Assembly: GCA_965645245.1 (NCBI GenBank)
Contig: OZ287070.1
Location: forward strand, 1,550,001 to 1,614,000
Direction: 5' to 3'
DNA from: Massalongia carnosa
Lineage: Eukaryota
DNA length: 64,000 nt
The translations under genes were made by a program, and so were the position numbers. The notes under the pieces were generated by a model. The model saw only the letters and a list, made by a program, of their open reading frames with translations. It had not been told where the DNA came from and did not search any database. Below are positions 11,521-23,462 of this stretch, piece after piece. Numbering within the stretch: the first letter of the stretch is position 1; the number at the start of each line of letters is the position of its first letter.

Positions 11521-12213
11521 ATGACGAACCAAACTCTGCGTCGGCGAGTGATCAACATCTACAAAGGCAATCCCCTTTCCTTCGTTCTCCCCAACCCTTC
11601 CACCGTTGTTAGCTAAAATCAATACTCCTCTTTCCTTGCGTCAACGCACGTTTCGTCAAAATTCCCCAGAAATAGAAGAAGAATGGGAGGCCATATTATC
11701 CCCTGTTTGCACAAATCATTGTCACACACCCACGCACAATCAGTCCAGTCATCGTGTATTCTCGTCCTCCTCCCCGTCCGCCCCGCATACCTTGCCAGAC
11801 TATCAACCCATTTCTAACATTCTCTTCCGGATGGAGGTTGGGTTGTGGGTAACAGAGCTCCTGTATCTCGGTCGCGAATATCCACTAGGATACGCCTACT
11901 TTCAGAAGCGGCTGCACCGGGCATTTTCCAGCCAGGCGGGCATTGAAGACGAGGCGATGATCGAGAAGGGGATCGAGAGGGCGGAGTATGTGAAGAAAGG
12001 TATGTGTTGGCGTTGTTTGAAGTGTCCGTGATAATTTTGGGGAGTTGGGGATTTGATGCTAATATCGAGCACCGTAATAGAAGTTGAGGCACTGTGAGTG
12101 CAAGAAAGCCCCTGCGAGAGCCACGAGGAAAGCTTTCGCTAAACGGAGGGACAACTCCTAGGTACTACCTTAAACGATACCGAACCTTACGCCAACGCTA
12201 TGACAAAACTTGA
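11521..12213 (+). CDS. LYR-motif mitochondrial protein (LYRM5/ETFRF1-like), 4 exons
   Basis: Spliced product [39 protein letters not shown]...[27 protein letters not shown]; introns 11567-11855 (GC-AG), 12000-12080, 12094-12161. Confidence 0.88.
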
Positions 12214-12257
12214 ATATGCCGACTTGATCCAATCCTCCCCCCGAGAATTCCAGTTCC

Positions 12258-13382
12258 CTACCGTTTCCGAGCCCACCAAGCGCCCACCTCCAGGCACTCC
12301 CCGCTTAAGGTGCCATCCTTTTCGAGCAAATCGGTCGTCATGCCCGTCCACCAGCGATCCCACTCATCCTGCTTCTTCTCGCTCTCCTTCATGAGCATCG
12401 GCTCCAGACCTTCAATCAGTCCGATAACGGTTGTCAGCGCTGTTTGCCGCAGCGCCGCCTGATCCGGCGTGAGCTGCACCCGCGTTTGCGGTGGGCCTTG
12501 GACCTTAGATTTCCTAGAGGACGGCTTGGGAGCGCCGTTTCCACGGTCGGGGGATCGGTGATCCTTGCCTTCTCCTGAAACGCCCTCGCGCTCCCAGCGT
12601 ATTTCTCCAAACGGGATAGCGATTCTTCGGCTTCCGAGGTCAACGTAAAGGTCTGGCTCGCTGGAGAAGATGAAGCCCATCAATGCGCAAGGCGCCGCTG
12701 GTAGTTTCAGCTTATCGAGGCCCTTTTCAACCCATGTGTTATAGTCCAGCAGATACTTGTTCTGAGCCTTTACAAAGCCGGTCCCTGGCGTTGTGGTGTA
12801 GGTGGCGGTCTCTTCCGCTTGTTCAACATCATCCCCGCTCGCGCCTGGAGCCACATGGGGAAACGGAAGCAAGCATCGGAAGATAAGATCCGATTCCCAT
12901 ACCTCCACGACCCCGCCCGGCTTCACGTAGCGCATCAACTCCTCCAGCGGATTAATCTGCATTCCCACACCAGCAGCACACAAGACCGTATCTTTGATAA
13001 ACATAAAGTCGAATTCGCCGTCTTCAAACGGCAACGGGGATTTCCGCAAATCGTGCTGCACGAATCGCCAATCGATGCCGTGCTGCTTGAGATCCGGGGC
13101 CAGAGGGGCGATATCCAACCCCGTGAACGAGACGTTCTTCCAGCCCTGAGTTTTAAAGTAGTCATGGCACGCGGATGACCACAGTGCTGACCCACACGCC
13201 AGTTCTAAAATTTTCTTTGGCGGGGCGTCTTCGAATGCAGGGGAGCAGAAAGGAGCACCAAATACTCGCATCAGCAGCAAGGTGCGGAGGCTCTGTCGGT
13301 GCAACTCGACCAGGTCAACGGGAAGAGGGTAGGTGAGTGTCGGGTCTCGAAGATAACGCCGGCCGTGGCGAAAGTCAAACAT
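12258..13382 (-). CDS. Class I SAM-dependent methyltransferase-like protein (LaeA-like family); true start may lie upstream
   Basis: HGRRYL..YPLPVDLVELHRQ, KILELACGSALWS motif I, GLDIAP, LPFEDGEFDFMF, KPGGVVEVWE. Confidence 0.8.
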   Translation of the reverse strand: MFDFRHGRRYLRDPTLTYPLPVDLVELHRQSLRTLLLMRVFGAPFCSPAFEDAPPKKILELACGSALWSSACHDYFKTQGWKNVSFTGLDIAPLAPDLKQHGIDWRFVQHDLRKSPLPFEDGEFDFMFIKDTVLCAAGVGMQINPLEELMRYVKPGGVVEVWESDLIFRCLLPFPHVAPGASGDDVEQAEETATYTTTPGTGFVKAQNKYLLDYNTWVEKGLDKLKLPAAPCALMGFIFSSEPDLYVDLGSRRIAIPFGEIRWEREGVSGEGKDHRSPDRGNGAPKPSSRKSKVQGPPQTRVQLTPDQAALRQTALTTVIGLIEGLEPMLMKESEKKQDEWDRWWTGMTTDLLEKDGTLSGECLEVGAWWARKR

Positions 13383-16300
13383 GTCTACTATTCAATCGCT
13401 CTTCCTCCCAAGAATCGAATTCCTTGCCAAGGTCCCGCACGTCCGACGAAGTTGGGTCCTTTGCCCTCGGTGAGAGGGCCCTACCAAGCAAATCCCTCCG
13501 CTTGGTATCTTCTACACAAGCAGTCTCCTTCTTTCTTTCTCTCACTATCCTCTCATGCAGAATACCAGCGTACGTGGTGTTGTGCTATAGCCGCACGCCG
13601 CCACTGCAGCGGAGTCGTAATTGCGATCGACGGTCGTTCACTCATGGTTCCCAACCCGATTTCTAAACAGGTGGGAGAAGGGGGAGACGGGGGGGTGGGA
13701 ACTACCCAGTTGGGTATTTATGGTAAGCAGGAAAGTGTGAGGGAAAGTCGTCCAACACAAAGAGACCCTGGTTTCCGGTGGTGGGGATAAAGTGGGGCTG
13801 ATTAGATTCGGGCCCCCCGGTCCGAAGTCCTGTCAGCTTGGCAGCGAGAGATCCTTTACCAAGTCACGACTCTCTGAGTTGTACAAAGTCGTGACCTACT
13901 GCCAGGAGGCCATGGTTTATAAATGGCGTGAAGCTTGATCGATGATGCTGAACTAATTCCCTCTACCGTTTGTGGCAAAAAAAGCGCAGAAGGCGAGCGG
14001 GCGGGGTGATTGGGCCATACATACCTTGACCAGAATGGTGGAGGTCCCGCTCGGGACATCGGAAGGTTACCCGGAGGTAGGATACCCGGCCACCGCAGAA
14101 GACTAAACCCGTTCGGGAGGTTTCATCGCGGCATTCTCGATAGGCCGTTTTTGGCGGGGGCTTGTATTGCTCCGAGGTAGGTTCGGTAACGTTACGGAGT
14201 TACTCTGTAGAGAGGCTCCGAAGAATGAGGGTGACACGTAGGTAATCTGTACGTAGGAAACTAGGCAAGTGGCAAGGTAGTACGGAGTATACGGTACTAT
14301 AATTCTTTTCTCCAATATCTACTCTGGATTGGGTTAAAAGGTCATACATGAATATGTACAAAGTACCTATTACCTCCTTACCTCTCTACCTGCCTAAGTA
14401 TCCAGATAGCCGAGATCTAGATCTTCGATTAACCAGTGTCAATTCGCTCTCTATAAAGAGTACATACCTTACCGTAGGTAGCGTGGTGACGTATCGCGGG
14501 GTGTTTCCTAACGACCTAACCTATGGAGCCGGGAGTAATGTACATAGTCTCTTACTAGGTTTAGAATGAGCACGTAAGTAGATTTTATCAGTAGAAGAAC
14601 CGCCCCCATTTGTTTCTTTCTTTCGCTAGATTATATCTAGAATAGGGGTGATCGATGTCGCCGAGTCTTGTAATCTCTAGGTTGCCGTTGGCCTAAGGGT
14701 ACTAAGAGATTCGGGGGAGGGTGCCCACGACTGCTTAACCTCTTCTCTATGTGCGTTAACTCAATGGTCGCCCTCAACGCACGAAGTTTCCAAGCGAACA
14801 GCCCCTCCTAGCTTGGGCAAAGCCTTAGATCAAAATCGGGTTTTCAGGTTCAGAGACATCGCCATATGTTAAACCTGAGTGGCCAGAGCTGCATCATGGG
14901 GCCCCTCGCCAGCTTTTTCCTTGGCAAATCCAAATGGGGATAAACAACCTAATCCATGCCGGCTGTAGTCTTCATAGGTCCCACATGGATTGACTCGGCA
15001 TGACACGGCTGACGCTGGCTCTATAAAGTATTTTGCTTTGGAAATGTGCTGGAGATGGCGGAACGTGGCTCTGCTCGTTGCCGTCAGGATTGAATGTGAT
15101 CAGGTTTCCCAACCGTCGAATCAACGTGTCTAGATAGTACTTTCACAATTTCACGGAGAGAGCGGCGGCATCGGCATCGATAGAATCAGCTTAGACAGAC
15201 AGTCGGCTAAGCAGCATGAATGCAAAAATAAACCAAGTAGCTTCCGGGACGGAGCTCTTGATAACCTCGGAGTATGAAAGCCTTAAGTAGTTCCTACCAC
15301 GACTCGGTGGAGTAGCCGCTGTCTCACACGGTGGAAATGAAGATCGTACTGCAACAACATGATGTAACTAAAACAGAAAGATAATGCCGGGCGGTGAATA
15401 AATTATTTCGTACAAATCCTATAGTTCATTGCCATATCAAGATCTGTGTACTACGGCAATATTTTTCAACAATCTCTCATATCCAGAGCCAGCATAACTT
15501 GGAAATACCATACAAGGTATGCCAGCAAACCACCAAGGGCATCCAAGCCCTTCTCTCCATTTGTGGTTACTCTCAGACGAAGCAGCCCATCAATCTTAAA
15601 TCCAATGATTCTTACAGCCACAAGGCCACGTACGAGGCCTCGGCAAGGATCAAACGCAATTGAAAGGGTCGTTGACCACAAATGACTTCGAAAAGCATGT
15701 AAACCCAAAACTTGACGGATATATCATACTAAATCGAGCATCTGCTAGATAGTTATTCGCAAGCTTTGTCGAGTCTTGGTCTGTAAGACACGTTTACATA
15801 AACATTAGCCGAATGCAAAGAACAACGCTGTTCCAAAAGCTAGACTCTGGTAAGTTTTATTCTTTCATAGATCTGCAAAAATAATATATAATAAACGCAT
15901 TCATGATCTTAAGTTTGTATCAGTACCAGTGAACATTCTTATCCAATAACCCGTATCTGATGCACATCTAGGCCTGCTAAATCTAAATGGTTCGTTGAAT
16001 TACCTTAGTTATCACCAACATAGACAAAAATGATCAACCTGTGAAGAAAGCATAACGAGACTTCATCAATGCTGTAGTTAATTCACCAACACCTTAAGTC
16101 AACTAAGTTATAACCTTTTTAGAATTAAGATCATGGGCATGAATTACAGAAATTGGAAACCCGGCCATAGAAAGAACAAGCTGGACTAAAGAATATAAAC
16201 ATGACTCATAGAGACTGACGCTGGGAATAAGGAGTTTTGAGAGTAAATTTCCATTATCGTTGTCCAAGACAAGCTCGAATCCACATTGATATGGCCAAAT

Positions 16301-17110
16301 TGTCCATGCGGCGGATTTATCACCAAAAAAAAGACAGAAGATTGGTCATTTAGACCGGCAACGAATCTATTGGCTATTGAAGCTAGGTAGCTACACCGTT
16401 ATGATAAGTGCAGGAGTTTTGGCAAGTCCTCAAAATGAAGAATCAATTACATTATCGCTTAGTCAATCCCTGGATATGGCTAGACGACAAAGGGTAAAAC
16501 GTCAAAAGCTTCAGGTACACTGCATGTTGGGGTTCTCTGCGCACCCGATACAGCGAAAAGACATCCCATTCTTACAGTACGATATTTTATCGACTAACAT
16601 TAAACCTTTGTCTTCACACCTATTCATTTTTGTTCTTACATTTGCAAACTGACGCGACAGAAAGATTTAAGTAAGGCTTGGACTCTTCATCGGCTACTCT
16701 ATACACAAGTTCGTAACTTCGGCGCACACAGTCAATACCGACATACATTCACCTGGCTACCGCTAGGCTTTACGCCTCTAGGGATACCTGCTAGCGTTTA
16801 CAATCAATTAGGTGTGGCAAAAGAACAGGATCCCTAGGTCGACGATCTTCAACACAGCGAATTGGATGGTTAAGGTAATCGCAAGATTGGTCCTGATCCG
16901 CCCCGGGTTTGTGAATTTTGTCGAGACAATATCTCAAGGTTCTGAATTGAAGAAAGTATAAGGATATTCAATCTATGATCGAACGAAGACCATCACGCAA
17001 GACCTCTCCACTTATCGCATACCAAATTCCCCTGCAAGCACCCGCAGATCCTACAACTCACAGGGAGAAGGTCAACGTCAGCTCACCTTTGAATCCACCG
17101 GGTCCATTAG

Positions 17111-19449
17111 ATGGCAGATGGTCCCTACCGCTTCCAGCAGCCTGGGGCTGGACAATATTATTACCCACAGCATAATCAGCAAACCCACCACCACCGCCAT
17201 CTCGCCCGGAACGGATCGCCTGTCAATAGCGGGAGGGTAGGCTATACAAACGAGACGCCCTCGCCATCACGCTCCCCTGTTTCGCAGGTATCTACCCACA
17301 ATCCTTACGGCATGTTCAATCAAGGTCACCAACAAGTTATGATGAATGGGGGACCCGGCCAACAACGATACATGCAGATGAACATGGCCCAAAAATATCA
17401 GCATCAACCTCACCAACAACATCATAGTCAACAGAATCATCATCATCAGCAGCAAACTCACGTTGGTGCCCATAATGGTGTTGGCCATCAGCATACTTTC
17501 TCTTCAGGAACGATGTCAAACGCGACACCACATTTTACGCCCAGCACACTGCATAACGGGAATTCCAACAATATCCAGACCGGTAATAGTGAACCCGTTT
17601 CTGAGCACTGGCAGCATCAGCTACAGCTTGTAGCTGAATCGAGACAAGCGATTTCCACACCTCATCACCATTGTAAAAAGGATGGCGCATCACTGTTGAA
17701 TAAAGGAACAGAGCAGTCGAGCGTGGAGGAATCGCCGGGAGAAGGCAAGGAAGAGCGTAACCGAGCCACGAACAGCGGAGAAACACGAAGGCAGGACTGG
17801 GACGCCATGGATCTTAGCGGGCAGGGTCTTCGAGCGCTTTCGCCATCTCTTTTCATGGACTACATGTTCCTTGGGAAACTTTTCATTGATAATAATAGGC
17901 TTACACATCTGCCCCAGGCCATTGGGCAATTAAGGAATCTCACTCATCTGGATGCTTCAAACAACGAGTTGATGGTAATCCCGGATGAGATTGGTATGCT
18001 TGTAAACTTGAAGTCATTGCTTGTGTTCGATAACAACATTACTTTACTGCCATACGAGATCGGCTATCTGTATAAGCTGGAGACTCTTGGTATCGAGGGG
18101 AATCCGCTGGACGAGGAGATGAAGGAAGAAATTGTTCAGAATGGAACAAAAGCGCTGGTAACCCATTTGAGGGAGAACACCGCAGGTAAGCAACATACAC
18201 CGTTTTCGGCCTCCTTGCGATTGTCTGTTCCGGCTGATCCATTGTAGCTGGCCCCCCTCCAAATGAGCGTGACTGGCACGTATTAGACGATAGCCCCGCA
18301 ACAGAAATTCTTTCTGTGCTATCCTATAACATCCTGTGTGACAAGTATGCCACTGCAACTCAATACGGCTATACACCATCAGAAGTTCTCTCTTGGGACT
18401 TTCGTAAGGATCTCTTGATTCGAGAAATCAAGGACCACAATGCAGATATTGTGTGCATGCAAGAAGTTGACATGGAAAGTTACAACGAGTTTTTCAGACG
18501 AGAACTGGCCTACAACGACTATAGGGGCGTGTTTTGGCCAAAGTCCAGGGCAAAGACGATGGCGGAAAGGGAGGCAAAGTACGTTGATGGGTGCGCGACA
18601 TTCTTCAAGAGTAGCAAGTATGTCTGTCTTGATAAGCAACTTATCGACTTCGCGAACACCGCTATCAACCGTCCAGACATGAAAGGGGAGCATGACACAT
18701 TCAACCGCGTCATGCCTCGAGACCATATTGCTGTCGCAACCTTTTTCGAAAACCGGCTTACCGGCTCTAGACTCATTGTTGTCAACGCCCATATTTTCTG
18801 GGACCCTGCCTTTAATGACGTTAAGCTGGTCCAAGTAGCCATTATGATGGAGCAAATATCTGGACTTGCTGACCGATGGGCAAAGCATCCCCCATGCACG
18901 GACAAAGCAGCCTTTCGCCATTCAGAAGTTGATGGCGAGGCGAAATCTGACGGGTCGCCGGAGGAGCTCTCAGTAGAGCCCGGTCCATCCCTTGAGTATA
19001 CCTCTGGAAGCCAGATCCCGCTTATTCTTTGTGGGGATTTTAATTCTGGGACCGGCTCTGGCGTTTATGACCTGATCACTCAAGGTAGCCTGGCGGCCAA
19101 CCATCCAGACCTGGCCAATCGTGGTTATGGCAATTTCACGCGTGACGGCATGGCTCATCCCTTCAGCCTTAGGTCCGCTTACACTGGCACCGACGAGTTG
19201 AGCTTCACTAATTACACCCCTAACTTTACGGGTGTACTTGACTATATCTGGTTTTCCACAAACGCATTGCAGCTTCGGGGTGTGCTTGGGGACGTGGATC
19301 AAGACTATCTACGCAAGGTTCCAGGGTTTCCCAACCACCATTTCCCCAGCGATCACTTGGCGCTACGGGCAGAGTTTGCAGTCAAATCGCGGAAGGAGCG
19401 GAAGATCGTGGAGGCGGACTTTGGAGCATCACGGGAGCGGAGGAACTAA
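17111..19449 (+). CDS. CCR4: CCR4-NOT deadenylase subunit CCR4 (one intron 18186-18247)
   Basis: Q/H-rich N-terminus, LRR region, EEP nuclease motifs SYNILC, CMQE, CGDFNS, DYIWFS, PSDH. Confidence 0.97.
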
Positions 19450-21245
19450 ATGTCGGGATTGGTTGACAATGGGGGATTTTGAGCTTTGATCTTACGCCCT
19501 TGCCGCTCCACAGGCGCTTTGTATCTCATCACGATGTTTGTTGGAAAAGATACACAGGTGGCGTCGTGCGTGGTGTTTTTCCCCGGGAGCAGAGCAGGAG
19601 AGGAACTGGCGTTTTAAGCGTTTCGCGGGCATGGTCATGTTGCGGTCCCATTTCATGTCTCCGGCGTCTCGGGGATTCTTGATTTGTGATTATCATATGT
19701 TCAGCTTTGCTCCGTTTCGGTTGAAGGGGTGTGGGCACAGCAAGATAATAGACGGTGCTTGTAAAACTCATGAGCGAGCATTTCGCTACCAAATATTTCT
19801 TACCCATAGCGCTTTATTCAGGCCGTCCGAGTAGCTCCGATCTGACGTTTGCTTGCGAGGTGGTACTCGATGTAACATGTGATACATTCGGAACGAATGT
19901 ATCAGGGTAAAATACAATATTTGCGGATGCGGGAGTTAGGCATTCCATCGGAATCCAGCCTCGGTGTGCCTGGTATGTCATTTGTGGTTCAATGGATGCG
20001 CACGCTGGACGCGAATGGCGCACACGTCGTTTGTACAGGGTACAAGGACACGATGCAAGGCAAATTTCGTGCATGAAGCATTTCCAGACACTCCGTAAAA
20101 CCGATAGAAAAAAAAAACGCTGGAGCTTCCGTCAGGACGATCTCGGAGATTCCGTGGTCCCCGAGCGTCACGGTAACGGTTCCATCTGGATCAACTCAAG
20201 GTAGCAGGTACCGGGGGGGGGGGAAGGAGATCCAGAGTATTAACCGTCTCGATAACAAACGCTTCGAGCCACGGGAGTGGAGGTGCACAGGCGTTTGATG
20301 CGAGCCATTCAGGGCGCACGGGTTGAAGGGGAGGGAATAAACGCAGAGCGAACAGGTCGAATGGGCCCCGGAGAAACGAGCGTTGGAGAGGCATTGCGTG
20401 CAGATTTCCAACCGTTATTGCGACGGTGGGGGCCCTTTTGAGGCAGCAACGGCATCGCGATGATACATGTCTCATCACGACCTGTTTCATCCACACCATG
20501 CACCAACCAGCCCGGATGCAACCGGGCGGCGGTGGGGAGATGTGGCGGTGATGGGGGCAAGCGTTTCGTCTCTCTCTCTCTCTCTCTCCCTCTCCCTCTC
20601 CCGGGTGTAGGATTGTTTTATTCCGTGCCTGTATGGTACTTAGGTGTATCAGATGGTGGACTAGCGGGGGAAATGGAAGGGTGCTGAGCGGTCATCACGT
20701 CATCATGTGCGGTTTGGTTTGGTTTTGGGTTGATTTAGGGCTTGGACTTGGGGGGATCAGGAAAGGCGGGGCGAATGAGGTGACGATGCATGAAAACGAA
20801 GAGGTCACTCCATCTGGGGGGGCGGTATCATGCAGAAGCAGGCAGGCAGATGGCTCTGCGGGCACACACACACGCAGCATCCGGCATGGATTGAGATAGG
20901 CTTCGAAAAGAAGCTGGGGAATTCCGGATGGGGGAGTTGACCCATCCAAAACGGAATGTATCGAGTACCTACGTCGCGACGGAGCAGTTCTGTATTTGGA
21001 AATCGTTAGATATTTTGGGTTTCGGACACTCGCTGGTGGGTTCACTCTGGCCTGTTCATGTATGTATCTAGCTAGGTAGATAGATGGGAACAAATCGACA
21101 ATGGAAAATGGGTACCGATCACATACGCGACCAAATGGTGGAATGATACCTAGCGTGATTGTAACTTACAGTGTACTCTATACCCTGTACTCTGTACCAA
21201 CTTGAGAGGGAAACTCCAACGTTCAATCTCGAACCCCCTACAAGC

Positions 21246-21318
21246 TCCACGTTCCACGTTCTACGTTCCACATTCCACGTTCCACGTTCCACGTTCCATG
21301 TCCCATGTTCCACGTTCC
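21246..21318. repeat. 7-bp tandem repeat (TTCCACG)n
   Basis: About ten imperfect copies visible directly. Confidence 0.9.
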
Positions 21319-21839
21319 GCGCTTGCTGCCCTTCGCCACAGCCCAATTTCACGAATCCCATCTTTGTTTGCTTCGATCCGTAGCGAGAGCTTCTGGGTTT
21401 AATGAGGGCCAGTACAGAGGAGTGGCTGATTGAATAAGCAATTATCGATAGGGGCTTTGGGTGTGAACGAGATAGGGAGTAGTTAAGTGCTCCGTACCGA
21501 GGGCTCCGTACCGAGGGCTCCGAACCTGAACAAATACCGAGTACAAAGTACAGGGTACCGTCTGGAAATGAAATGAAAGTTCCCCCGTATCCCACTAGAG
21601 CGCTCTAGTACCAGTCCCGAGTACCCGAAGGCAACAGAGAACTCCTGGAATCTTCCATGAGTCGGTCAGAAGATGCCCTGGTGCCTTAGTGTTCTTTCCA
21701 TCACCTTATCAACGCATGAAACTGTTTGACAATCCGGGTCTGATCCAATGGGATCGCTTGCTCTGGGAGAAAAACTTGCAGTTGCCAATTTGCGATCGTG
21801 GTGTTCTAGTTCGTGCCTAGTAAGTGAAGCCTTCTCCGT

Positions 21840-21926
21840 CCTGTCCTATCCTGCCCTGTCCTGCCCTGTCCTGCCCTGTCCTGCCCTGTCCTGCCCTGTC
21901 CTGCCCTGTCCTGTCCTGTCCTGTCC
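21840..21926. repeat. Pentamer/decamer microsatellite (CCTGC/CCTGT)n
   Basis: Directly visible tandem CCTGCCCTGT copies. Confidence 0.9.
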
Positions 21927-23462
21927 TTCCCTTCTAGAAAAGAAAGAAGGAAAAGAGAGAGAAGAAAGAAAGAAAGGGAAGAAACCCCCCTCCCTCTTCC
22001 AGTGCTTCCTGGATGCTCCAGTCGGAACTTTTCCTGGCTAGCTGTAAGTTGGTGAATTTCTGTAGAGCCAGAGAAAGAGGATGCTCATCCTGCATCTTGA
22101 TGTCGACTAAGGCCACATGTCCCATTCTTAACGTACTCAACCTCAATTCGCACTGGAAGTCTTGCCTTCTCGAATATTAATGGAATGATTGATAGACCCT
22201 CACCCTTTCACCAACCCTCCAAAAAACCCTCTCATACCCCTCTCCTTTAAACCTATCCATCCCCTTCCCCCCCCCCCCCCCCAAAAATCAATACCTAATC
22301 ACTCTTCTCTCGTTCTCTCCTTGTAACTGGTTTAGCTTCTCTCTCGTTATTTGATCCCATTCCCTGTTCTGCCTTACGTGACCTACCCTCCTAGGTCGCC
22401 GTAATTAACTCTATTTCAGCCGATAGACCAAAGCCAATGACGGTTAAGGGCCAAACCTCATCGCTTTTTCGCCCGTTGGTTACCTCGCTGACTTCGCATC
22501 GGTCGTGCCTTCCTATCTACCGCATCCGCCGTGACGACCTTCTTCATATGTCCAGCAGCGACTGTTGTTGACATCTACACCCCATCCCGTCTCGAAACAC
22601 ACACCGAGGTTCTCGTCGTCTTGCGCCTTGCATGTTCGGATCCCCACCTGTACTCATACTCGTATATACTCGCACCGGATGTTGCGCATAGACTCGACGT
22701 CTTTCTGTCCGCGACGCTGGCGCCGCTTCGATCCCTTTGTCCATAACAAAACGATAATAAGGCTTTCGAGCTCGTATTGGTCGGAGAAGAGAAAGTTGGT
22801 GGTGTAACAATAGGAATACGAACCGCTCGGAAAGGCAGTCGTTACCAAGGCCACTCCGTAACTTCAAGGTACACAGGGAAAAGGATCAAGCCGGCGAGCT
22901 ATCAGTGTCGATCGGCTTGTTGAATCTCCGAGTGTTTTGATTTCCTGGGGACTGCGGATGCCCTTGGTAGTGTTGTCCGAAGAATAATCGCGTGGTTCTT
23001 CTGCGCGAGGGCAACATATTGCTGGTGCGGAACCCTCGAGGCCATTGGATTTTCCGCCCGCGTCATTTAAGCCGTTCACGAGATTTGCACATTGTCGCAG
23101 AGCATCTTTGGGCGTGCACTCGCGTCTCAGCCGGGTGCTCTCGTTCGTTGCAACGCTGAATCAGGCCGGGTCCGCTGTCGGAACACTCGGATTGCAGCAA
23201 TTCGTCGCTGTCCCACGTCAGTCACACACTAGCGCTACGCTGATCGCGGTGATCATCTGGGTGTTACAGCGTCGGCTTTACCTCGCAAACGTGGCGGTTT
23301 TGAGCCATATTCGCACGCTGGATTTTATTGTCTATAAAAACACACCACGGTCCAGGGCGTCTCGGTGTGCCCATTTGATTCGAGCCTGATCACAAGGCCT
23401 GGCCCCACGCTGTTCGAAGAGGCTACGGGCATTGGAGCGCAGGCTTGTAGCAGGCAGCCGTC

